This document shows positions 1 to 10,379 of a stretch of DNA of 64,000 nucleotides, piece by piece. Source of the stretch: Octopus sinensis. Taxonomy: Eukaryota. The translations under genes were made by a program, and so were the position numbers. The DNA is taken from contig NC_042999.1 of NCBI RefSeq assembly GCF_006345805.1, forward strand, positions 24,986,001-25,050,000. The letters run 5' to 3'. The notes beneath the pieces were generated by a model that was not told the DNA's origin, searched no databases, and saw only the letters and a program-made list of their open reading frames with translations. Position 1 is the first letter of the stretch. The number at the start of each line of letters is the position of its first letter.

Positions 1-150
1 TTCAGGTTTAAATCGATTTTCTGGGTAAAGTTTACAGCTGGTGACGATTAGTCTTCTCTATTGTCCTCCACTGTTCAGAGAATTGTGAATGTATTTTACA
101 CTCATAAAAATCGTATCTCGGAATGCAATTCAATGTTTATATGAAATTGA

Positions 151-567
151 GGATCTTTTCGGTTCGAACGACAGTTTTTAACATAATTTCTAGGTAACCA
201 AAAAAATTTTTAACTTCGTATACTGGTAGAATGTGTTTATAAAACATCTTTTTCTCTTGGCTTTATTGAGAAAATTCTATAGTTTGTAAGATATTTGTTG
301 TTTTTTTTCTTCAATTTCTGCAATTTCAACCAATCACTGACGTCTATTGAGGTAAAAAAAAAACATTCTGTGCCGTATGAAAATGTCCCTTGTTTAAGAA
401 ACAGATTGGGTTTATTTACATTTGTGAAGAAAAAAAAGATCCCCTTCCCCCCACCCCTAACCCTAAAACAAATTGAAATGCAATAGATCAATACTAGGGT
501 CATAATTATGGGTGACAATTTCATATGACAGCGCTAGAAAAAACTGCCGTTCAAACCGAAAAGATCC
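151..567 (+). mobile_element. GGATC-MITE (Merlin- or hAT-like), copy 1
   Basis: TIR GGATCTTTTCGGTT(C/T)GAACG(G/A)CAGTTTT; TSD gaaattga/aaaattga. Confidence 0.9.
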
Positions 568-791
568 AAAATTGACTGCAGACAATTAAACTGAGTTGCA
601 GAGAGTAGGCATAGATTAACTCCCTTCTACATGTACTCATTTCATAATTCTAAGGAAACGTAGATGCACAATAAAGGAATGGATGCAATCCTTTTCTCCC
701 CTCTCATTCTAGTTTATTTCCTGCTGTAGGGAAATATAGTCTCTCATCTATAACGTAACTTAGAAACTAATTCCATTGTTTCTCTTTTTAG

Positions 792-944
792 GTATCATTA
801 GTGAATGGTCAGTGTTTGTTGGAAGAATCCTCCAAAGAGAACCAGCTTGTGCCAAACATTGAAGCTATTATTGAAGACATGAAGATTCTTGGCAATGGAA
901 TTGTAGAACATATTAAAGTGAAGACTACGTCATTACTCACATAG
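792..944 (+). CDS. Candidate exon of an unidentified plus-strand gene
   Basis: Polypyrimidine tract and acceptor (tttctctttttag|), then a 50-codon open frame VSLVNGQCLLEESSKENQLVPNIEAIIEDMKILGNGIVEHIK(VKTTSLLT*), with a possible donor AAA|gtgaag at 917/918. The alternative frame reads IISEWSVFVGRILQREPACAKH*. No family recognised. Confidence 0.4.
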   Translation, partial: VSLVNGQCLLEESSKENQLVPNIEAIIEDMKILGNGIVEHIKVKTTSLLT

Positions 945-1925
945 AGAATACCAAACTAGTTCCCTATGGATACCGTATTTATTACGAGTGGCTTGTAATA
1001 AATACGGTATCCATAGGGAATGAGTTTGGTATTTTATTTGTTACACACGAATAAACGACCATATTTTATTAACCCAATAACTAAATTCTTCACGTTTAGT
1101 TGTAACTTATGAATGACAAAAGTAGTGCCGTCACCGTGACCTCAGGTCATCACCATGGATTGACCAATCAGAAGCAGCGTTGTCACCGTGACCTCGGGTC
1201 ATCACCATGGATTGACCAATCAGAAGCAGCGCTCGCAGTATCTGACATATGTTAGATACCAAAAATATCTCAAAGTGTTCTCACTCACATGTGTGTAATA
1301 AATAATGTTCTCCAATGCTTTGTTTAGAGTGTAAAGACAAACTCTGTGTGTGTGTATATATATATAAAGTTATGGTTTGTGTTTTACATTTGAAATTGGC
1401 CATTACAGATTTAACCCAGTTTTTCTGATGAATATTTCTGTTTCCATTACCTGCTGGAAAACCATTTTGCATCACTCTCCATTCCTGACCACAAGGATTT
1501 GTTTCCATTTCATCTCATCCTGCCTGAATAAAATCACTTTTCAAAGAAACTTACATTAGCAGGACGTAAAATTCAACATATTAAGAACTGGGTAAAACTT
1601 GTAAATATATTCTTCATTAAAGGATGCAAAAGAGATGAGCTTGTGATAGCAACTTGTTAATAAACACTTGAATTCCACAGTTTTTCATTTATCATCATTG
1701 TTGCTGTTGTCTTCCATTTTCTGTCCACTTTTCATGCTGGCAATGAAAGTGAACAGGCTGTTCTAATCAGTGATCACTGGATCACATTGTGTGCATACGT
1801 TCCAGTTTTGGCTTTTTTTTATCTATGACTTGATGCTCATCCTGTAATCAACCACTTTACAGAATGTACTGGGTGCACTTTATTGTAACACCAGCAGTAG
1901 AGGGTAAATAAATATATATATATAT

Positions 1926-2201
1926 CATGTGACCGACCAGACCATCAGATGTTGTTACACATTGCTGGTCACAATGCGTTCGCATTGTTTTAGCCTTCGA
2001 ATGACACCACCCCGCTGGCTAAGCAAGCAGGCCAACAGAAGAGAGTGGTGAAAGACAACAGGGATCACCACCCCCTGCCGGAGCCTCGTGGAGCTTTTAG
2101 GTGTTTTCGCTTGATAAACACAACGCCCGGTCTGGGAATCGAAACCGCGATCCTACGACCATGAGTCTGCCGCCCTAACCACTGGGCCATTGCACCTCCA
2201 C
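1926..2201 (-). mobile_element. SINE family C (tRNA head TGGCCCAGTGGTTAGGG..GGTTTCGATTCC)
   Basis: A/B boxes; related heads or bodies at ~36158-36440 (+), 49611-49790 (3' half, +), 53536-53618 and 53882-54060 (+), 57505-57870 (-) and 61075-61270 (-). Confidence 0.8.
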
Positions 2202-2644
2202 ATATATATATATAGTACAAAGTAAGATAGGGGTTATGAGGGTAACCCACTATGGGATATCAGTTATCCAATATACTGCTGGGGAAGCACCCAAATACTA
2301 AATACATAAATGCTTATAATTGCAATGCAATTAATTCATTTATTGTATTGGATGGGCGAAGGTAAAGGAATATTTTACTGTAAATTCATAATACAAATAA
2401 GAAAATTGAGGAACAAATTCATTTCGATCATCAACTTACAGATATTACCATTTCATATTATTTATTAATTATACAAATAGGAACATGAAAATCGAACAAA
2501 ACAATATACAAATTAATAATGAAATAAAAATAATACAAATAAACTGCCCCTTACAGCTGTAATAAATAATATGAAATTGTAATATCCGTAAGTTGATGAT
2601 CGAAATGAATTTGTTCCTCCATTTTCTTATTTATATATATATAT

Positions 2645-2965
2645 CATCATCATCATCATCATCGTTTAACGTCCGTTCTCCATGCTAGCATGGGTTGGAC
2701 GGTTCGACCGGGGATCTGGGAAGCCAGAAGGCTGCACCAGGCTCCAGTCTTATCTGGCAATGTTTCTACAGCTGGATGCCCTTCCTAACGTCAACCACTC
2801 CGTGAGTGTAGTGGGTGCTTTTTACGTGCCACCTGCACTGGTGCCAGGCGAGGCTGGCATTGGCCACGGTCGGATTGGTGCATTTTACGTGCTACCTGCA
2901 CGGAAGCCAGTCGAGGCGGGACTGGCTTCGGCCACGATTCGGATGGTGCTTTTTACGTGCCACTG

Positions 2966-2966
<1 letters not shown>
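2645..2966 (-). mobile_element. LINE 3' end with (CAT)n tail
   Basis: Same 3'UTR as 4723-5080, 7480-7715 and 10000-10335. Confidence 0.8.
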
Positions 2967-2999
<33 letters not shown>

Positions 3000-3664
3000 A
3001 ATTAATAAATAAAACATGCATATATACATATATGTACGTACCTACATCTATATGTATTTATACTCACATATATGGGTACAGGATACCAGAAAAACGTCGA
3101 ACACAATGAGAAACGAAAACAGAAACACAAAACCAAGGAACTGGACATTTTTCTTAAACAACAAAAAAATAGAGTATAGGACAAATAACAAGGAAAATTC
3201 TCCTTCTTCAGTCGCCATGATTTCATCTACTCTGCGTTTCGAAGGTGAAGGCGATACACATCTTTGATAGAAACTTTCCTTCCCGCGAAAAGCAAATTAA
3301 ATAAGGAGCTTCTGTGTTGTTTCAGTCTACGAATGTACTCCTCAAGTCACTGGTCAGTTTTGCGGTATTGTAAATGTTACTTGTCCAAGCTGCCTCAGTG
3401 AAATCAAACCTGTAATGTCAATTTCTTTAGACATCCATAGCTCCACATATATATATATATATGTAGGTGCAGATGTAGCTGTGTGGTAAGTAGCTTGCTT
3501 CTCAATCGCATGGTTCTGGATTCAGTCCCACTGCGACACTTTTGGCAAGTGTCTTCTCCCATGGCCTTGGCCTGACCAAAACCTTGTGAGTGAATTTGGT
3601 AGACAGAACCTGAAAGAAGCCTATCATATATATATATATATATATCATCATCATCATCGATTAA

Positions 3665-4718
3665 CCCTTTCGTTACGAAACCGCCCAAAAAAAATTTTGG
3701 TTAATGTGACCAAAGCCGCCCGAATTAACCTATTCATATTTAAATGAGAATATCAGAGCAAATCTCTTTAGTACATTCGTGAAAATACGTATTATACTTC
3801 GTAAAGAGTTCAACTACAAAAATCGAATTGTAATTTTAATTCCGTGAATTTTGGGAGATTTTTTTCTGAAATTTGTTCCTATTGTGTTTTCAAAATTTGT
3901 AATTCTGACAAAAAATGGATACGAATTTCATTATATCAAGCAGCGAGTCAGAATTCGAAGGATTTTCTACTGAAGACCTTCATAAATCTAACTCCATGAC
4001 TGAAAAAAAAAAGCATGTGGTATTTGATAATGAATCTGATGTTTCATTTTCCGAAAGTGAAAACAGTGAATCCGAGAGCTCCGACAGCGATGAAGAAAAT
4101 GAATTGGCACCTGAATGGAGTGAAAATTTAAAAACTGTTTCTTTCGGTGATTTTTCTGAAGAAACTGGACCAAGCCACAGACTTTCCCAGAAGAGTAAAG
4201 CCTTAGACTATTTCTTTTTACTTTTTCGAATGAGCCTATTTGAAATCATTACGGCGGAAACGAACCATTACGCTAAATGTAAACAAAACGAAAGAAAGGA
4301 TAGTTTGTAATTTCCCATAACCTTAAATGAAATTAAGACTATTTTGCCATAAATATTATTATGGGTATCAGAAAGTTACCCAGAATAACAAATTCTATCG
4401 TAAAATTTTGTTCTATACCCAATTGAATATTAGCTAATAACCCATTTTCTATAGCGATGTTTGAACAAAATTTTAATTTTATATTTTGTTGAATTTACCT
4501 GTATCTACCTGCAATTAGAGTCACTTTGTGACAAAAATTATAGTATAGAATTGGTTGAGAACATTTCATTAAATTATCTTCCAAAATTCACGTTAATATA
4601 TTGATAAATAAAAAAGTTATAGTTGTTTAATGAAACCAGACTAAATTTATGATTATGTTAGAAATTAATTGAAACACATAAGGGGTGTATTTTGGTCAGA
4701 AATATAGTAATGAAAGGG
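3665..4718 (+). mobile_element. piggyBac element, internally deleted
   Basis: TTAA on both sides (3661-3664, 4719-4722); TIRs CCCTTTCGTTAC / GTAATGAAAGGG. ORF 3915-4310 has an acidic N-terminus and DYFFLLF..IITAETNHYA, continuing after a stop as ITLNEIKDYFAINIIMGIRKLP (DDE_Tnp_1_7-like). Confidence 0.9.
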
Positions 4719-4722
4719 TTAA

Positions 4723-7085
4723 TGTGTTTTCCATGCTGGCATGGGATGGATGGTTTGATTGAGGTCTGGAGAGTCAGCAGCTGCACCAGGCTCCAATCTG
4801 TCTGGCAATGTTTCTACAGCTGGATGCACTTCCTAACACCAACCACTCCAAGGGTGTAGTGGGTGCTTTTTACGTGTCACCGGCACAGGAGCCAGTCAGG
4901 TGGGCCTGGCAGCGATCATGTTTGGATGGTGTTTTTTACATGCCACCGGCACGGGAGCCAGTGTGGGGATACTGGCATCGGCCATGTTTGGTTGGTGCTT
5001 CTTATGTGCCACTGGCGCAGGAGCCAGTCAGGGGGCACTGGCTCCAGCTATGATGTTGGTTTTACTTGACTCAACATGTCTTCTCAAGCATATCATATCA
5101 CCTGACGCATCAGGAGTATTCTTAACAGGGCTGGATATGCATGGCTGCAATCTCACTTTAGTTGCAGGGTCTTCTCAATTGCAGCATATCTCCAAAGGTC
5201 TTGGTTGCTTGTCATTGCCCCTCTGAAACCCAATGTTCGAAGGTCATGCTTCACCACCTCATCCCATGTCTTCCTGGGTCTACCTCTTCCAAAGGTTCCT
5301 TCTACAATTAGGGAGTGGCACTTCCTCACACACAGCTGTGTTCATTCATATGTAACACATGGCCATACCAGCGCAGTCGCCTCTCTTGTACACCATATTT
5401 GATGCTTCCTATGCCCAACTTTTCTCTCAGGCCGCTTACACTCTATTATGTGTATGCACACTGACATTACACATCCAGTAGAGCATATCAGCTTCATTTC
5501 TTTCAAGCCTATGCATGTCCTTAACATTCATAGCCCATGTTTCACTGCCATGAAGTATGGCAGTTTGCACACATGCATCATAGTCTACCTTCCACCTTGA
5601 GTGAGAGGCCCTTAGTTGCCAGCAGAGATAGGAGCTCTTTGAACTTTGCCTAGGCCAGTGCTTTTCAACATTTTTGCTGGAGCGGAACCCCAAGGAAACA
5701 TTCCACTGGCTCGAGGAACCCCTGTGCAATAATTTAATAGTCTTTTGCACACATATCTGCAAAGGAAAATTAAAAATTACTGCCGATTTTAGCAGTTTTG
5801 TAACTTCTTGCGGAACCCCTGGACTGTACTGGCGGAACCCTGGTTGAAAACCACTGGTCTAGGCTATTCTTAATCTAGTTGCTCTGAGCAACTGACCCCA
5901 CTACTGACTTGGTCGCCTAGGTAGCAACAAACCCCACTACAGACTTGGTCGTCTAGGTAGCAGAAGCTATCAACTACTTCTAGTTTCTTCCCTAGGCATG
6001 TGATGGAATCTGTTTTCTGTACATCTTCAGTGTTTATTGCCCCAGTGCCTTTGCCACACACAAAAACTATTTTCCCTGTTAATCTTCCTTTAATTTAGTT
6101 GTACCTTTTATGTGTCCATAACTTACACTGGGTACAAGGTATGGAGTTTCTACCCATGCCTTTTCTACAGATTCAGCAGGGCCATCTACCTGAAGCGGGT
6201 TGTGATTTGACAGCCTTCCTACTTACTAAGACTTTGGTTATGGCTAAGTTAACCCTAAGGCTCTTTGATTCTAGACCTTGCTTCCACACCCTAAACTTCG
6301 TCTCAAGTTCTGGCAGTGACTAGGCTATTAGAGCAAGGTTATCAGTATAGCGGAGCTCCCAGGGACAGCCTGTCTTGAATTTGTCTGTTATTGCCTGGAG
6401 GACTATAATGAATAAGAAGGGGCTGAGGACTGATCCTTGGTGAACCCCTACTTCTACTCGGAATTCTTCACTATACTCATTGTCAACCCTCACCTTACTG
6501 ACTACATCCCTATACATGACTTTTACAGCTCTTACCATCCACTCGTCTATCCCCAGTTTCTGCATTGACCACCAGATAAGGGATCAGGGGACCCTGTCAA
6601 AGGCTTTCTCCAAGTCAACAAAAGCCAAGTACAAAGATTTATCTTTGGCCAGGTATTTCTCCTGCAGTTGTCTTACCAGAAATATAGCATCAGTGTTGCT
6701 TCTGCCTGGCAAAAAACCGAACTGCATCTCATCTAGATTGCTGTCTGACATGCCCATTAAAATCTCCAGCTACAAAGATGAGATCATTATCCCTCGTCTT
6801 TGAGGTAGCCTGTAGAAGAATATCATAAAAGTGATCCTTCTGTTCATTTGGTAGGCCTGCTTGTGGGGCACTGGCAGAGATAATTGTAGCTCTACCATTC
6901 TGTAAGACTAGCTTCACTACCTCTATGATCTTATCCACCCATTTCTCTGCGAGAAGTATTCCCACACCCCCTATTCCATCACTATTACCTTCCCAGAAGA
7001 GTTTATACCTATATGCTTTGCCTGCGAGGACTCTGGCTGAAGCTCCTCTCTTGTATGCAACATACTTCAACACGTCTCTATTCAA
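4723..7085 (-). mobile_element. RTE-type LINE, internally deleted and decayed
   Basis: Endonuclease (GVGILLAEKW..AGDFNGH, 6729-7085), RT (GVHQGSVLSPFLF..LRYTD, 6320-6565), C-terminal ILHGSETW (5436-5762), and a 3'UTR with ~60-bp internal repeats. The (CAT)n tail lies at ~3647-3660, beyond the piggyBac insertion. Confidence 0.85.
5656..5856. mobile_element. hAT (Charlie-like) MITE inserted in the LINE
   Basis: TIRs CAGTGCTTTTCAAC / GTTGAAAACCACTG; 8-bp TSD GCCTAGGC / GTCTAGGC. Confidence 0.85.
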
Positions 7086-7479
7086 GCATCTCTACAATAT
7101 ATATGTGTGTGTATGTCTGTGGCTGTATTTGCCCCCCATCACCACTTGACAACTGGTGTTGGTACGTTTTTGTCCCCGTAACTTAGTGGTTTGGTAAAAG
7201 AGAATGATAGAACAAGTACTAGGCTTAAAAAATAAGTCTTGGGGTTGATTTGTTTGACTAAAGACCTTCAATGTGGTACTCCAGCATGACTACAGTCAAA
7301 TGACTGAAACAAGTAAAAAAATAAGATTAAGCTAAAAGCATTAAGCCCCTGGGCAAGGCAAACAAATGTACATATAAAAACACGAAGAAGTAACAAACAG
7401 AAAGGGTCTTTTTACTATTGGAAAAACGTAACATAAGCATCTGAACGTGGCTGATGCCAGCACCGCCTTGACTGGCTTC

Positions 7480-7715
7480 CATGCCGGTGGCACGTAAAAA
7501 GCACCAATCCGATCGTGGCCTTTGCCAGCCTCGCCTGGCACGTAAAAAGCACCCACTACACTCACAGAGTGGTTGGCATTAGGAAGGGCATCCAGCTGTA
7601 GAAACACTGCCAGATCAGACTGGAGCCTGGTGCAGCCTCCTGGCTTCCCAGATCCCGGTTGAACCGTCCAACCCATGCTAGCATGGAAAGTGGACGTTAA
7701 ACGATGATGATGATG
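7480..7715 (+). mobile_element. LINE 3' end with (GAT)n tail
   Basis: Reverse complement of the 2645-2966 family. Confidence 0.8.
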
Positions 7716-7889
7716 AATGGGCAAAAGCCTTTTGGCTATACATCAAAAGGAAAATAATTACACAGTTGCAACATATATATATAACGTGTCTTGAATGATA
7801 CAACAATGCAGAGTGGGCTGTAATATCTGTCATAATTTAATAATTCATTGTCTGATATATTTCGAAATATAAAAATTCCTTCAGATATT

Positions 7890-8065
7890 GTTAAGAATTG
7901 ATCGAGTCACTGAAAACAACGGAAGAAGGAGAGATCCACATTGAGTTCTACATGAAAGCAGCCAGTAGAGATATGTTTGTTCACTACAATTCAGCCCTTT
8001 CACTTGGTGCCAAAATAAGACACACCAGAAATGAACTTACACACATCCAGAGAGAGGGCATGGCA
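7890..8065 (+). mobile_element. Penelope-like RT fragment
   Basis: IEFYMKAASRDMFVHYNSALSLGAKIRHTRNEL resembles the PLE RT thumb region. Confidence 0.6.
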
Positions 8066-8387
8066 AATGAAAAAGGCTCTTGCAGTGTGTAAAGTGGGTA
8101 GTGTAAGGTTTTGCTGACCTGATTTTGTATAAGTGTCCAAATAGGTAGACAAGAATGGTAGTTAGAAAAATATGAACAATTATAAACATAGTGTTATAAT
8201 TATGTAAAAAGATGGACTATAAAAAAAGAAAAATACAATTATGGTACTGGAAAACAAAGATATATACATCTGTGTGTGTGTGTGTGTTCTCTCTTTTTTA
8301 TTGATTTTACTAAATACTACAAATCTTGCCAATGCAGACAAACACTAATCTCAGAGTTTGAAGAATCTGTCTTGTGATTGTTTCCTG

Positions 8388-8797
8388 GGATCTTTTCGGT
8401 TTGAACGGCAGTTTTTAACATAATTTGTAGGTAACTAAAAAATGTTAAACTTCGTATACTGGTAGAATGTGTTTATAAAACATCTTTTTCTCTTGGCTTT
8501 ATTGAGAAAATTCTATAGTTTGTAAGATATTTGTTGTTTTTTTTCTTCAATTTCTGCAATTTCAACCAATCATTGATATCTATTGAGGTAAAAACCATTC
8601 TGTGCCATATGAATATGTCCCTCGTTTAAGAAACAGATTGGGTTTATTTACATTTGTGAAGAAAAAAAGATACCCTTCCTCCCACCCCTGACCCTAAAAG
8701 AATTGAAATGTAATAGATCGATACTAGGGTCATAATTATGGGTGACAATTTCATATGACACTGCTAGAAAAAACTGCCGTTCAAACCGAAAAGATCC
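8388..8797 (+). mobile_element. GGATC-MITE copy 2
   Basis: Same TIRs and interior; TSD gtttcctg/gtttccca. Confidence 0.9.
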
Positions 8798-9264
8798 GTT
8801 TCCCATGACATTCTAATCACCCTTTTAAGTAACATTACTCCAGAGACCCTTCAAAGGAGCCCCATTTTTGGCTGCTTGTAATCACAATCATGCTCTTTCA
8901 ATCATTACACAACATTCCTAACCACAGGTGAGGATAGGCATAAAAACCCAAAATACCTGGAGCTGGTGCATTACTGTACCGGCCAGCACTTGCAATTCTA
9001 GCATTTAATTCAGCCCTACTTCCCATTTCTCATGAATATGGTCCCAAAACACTTAAACTTCTCTTGCCTCAGTGATGTTCCACTAACATGCAGAATGAAC
9101 TCTTGTGAGGACCAATGTCTTAGTCTTTGCAATACTAATTCTCATCCCTACCTTACAGCACTTGGGAGCAAACCCATTCAGAACATGATAGAGATCACCT
9201 TCTAATGAGCCAAGTAGCACCATTTCACCTGCAAATCCCTATCCTACATCCACCAATTCTTATA

Positions 9265-9497
9265 CCTATTTCTTTACTACCCACAAGGGGCTACACACAG
9301 AGGGGACAAACAAGGACAGACAAAGGGATTAAGTCGATTACATCGACCCCAGTGCGTAACTGGTACTTATTTAATCGAGCCCGAAAGGATGAAAGGCAAA
9401 GTCGACCTCGGCGGAATTTGAACTCAGAACGTAGTGGCAGACGAAATACTGCTAGGCATTTCGCCCGGCATGCTAACGTTTCTGCCAGCTCGCCGCC
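9265..9497 (-). mobile_element. SINE family B (~235 bp)
   Basis: Head GGCGGCGAGCTGGCAGAAACGTTAGC..GAGTTCAAATTCC; central GTCGACTTTGCCTTTCATCCTTTCGGGGTCGATAAA..AGTACCAG (resembles the widespread Meta-type SINE domain, unverified). Variants at ~19175-19378, 25645-25870, 26985-27190, 47820-48010 and 62000-62222. Confidence 0.88.
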
Positions 9498-9999
9498 TTT
9501 TATATACCAATTCTTGTATATACCAATTCTTATACCACTTTTGCAACAGCTGTGTATGGTACTCCAGTTCATAAAAATTATGAAACGGTGAGATGACAAT
9601 ACATATGCCTGCCAAAGTCCAACACCTACTTTGAACAGACATCTGGGCATTTATAAAGAGATTTTTTGGCAACTGGAGGTTGCCCATAAAACCTAAATTC
9701 CTGCAAAACCCTCCATATCATGTCCTGTAACGTGTGTTATGCTTTTTTTTTTGAGGTCTTCAAAGCAATGTACACCTTTTCACAATATTCCCACAATTTC
9801 ACAAAGATTTTCCATAGACCGAGACCTTTGGAAGTATGCTGTGCATGAGAAGACCTGGCAGGACAAGTGAGACCATAACCCGTGGCCTCTACCTGGGATG
9901 TTGCCAGTCCTCTTATGCATACCTTTCCTTCTTGGGACACAAAACTCTTCTTGTGAAGACCTGTTGAGGCAAGTGAAAATCAAAATCAAAATCGATCAA

Positions 10000-10335
10000 C
10001 ATCAATGGAAATTGTAGCTGTGATACCAGTGCCGGTGGCACGTAAGAGAACCATCCGAACGTGGCCGTTGCCAGCGCCGCCCAGACTGGCCTCCGTGCCG
10101 GTGGCACATAAAAAGCACCATCCAATCGTGGCTGTTTGCCAGCCTCGTCTGGCACGCAAAAAGCATCCACTACACTCACGGAGTGGTTGGCGTTAGGAAG
10201 GGTATCCAGCCGTAGAAACATTGCCAGATCAGACTGGGCCTGGTGCAGCCTTCTGGCTTCCCAGACCCCAGTTGAATCGTCCAACCCATGCAAGCATGGA
10301 AAGCGGATGTTAAACGATGATGAGGATGATGATTA
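10000..10335 (+). mobile_element. LINE 3' end with (GAT)n tail
   Basis: Same family as 7480-7715. Confidence 0.8.
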
Positions 10336-10379
10336 TTGTCTGATCAGTTGTACAGCTAATTTCCCCAAAACTCTTCTCC

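Noticed and set aside
2130-2201. tRNA genes at SINE heads
   Set aside because: They have A/B boxes but run into SINE bodies and lack a full cloverleaf and terminator.
151-8797. Regularly recurring repeats as a CRISPR-like array
   Set aside because: Eukaryotic sequence; the repeats are dispersed TIR elements with TSDs, not repeat-spacer arrays.
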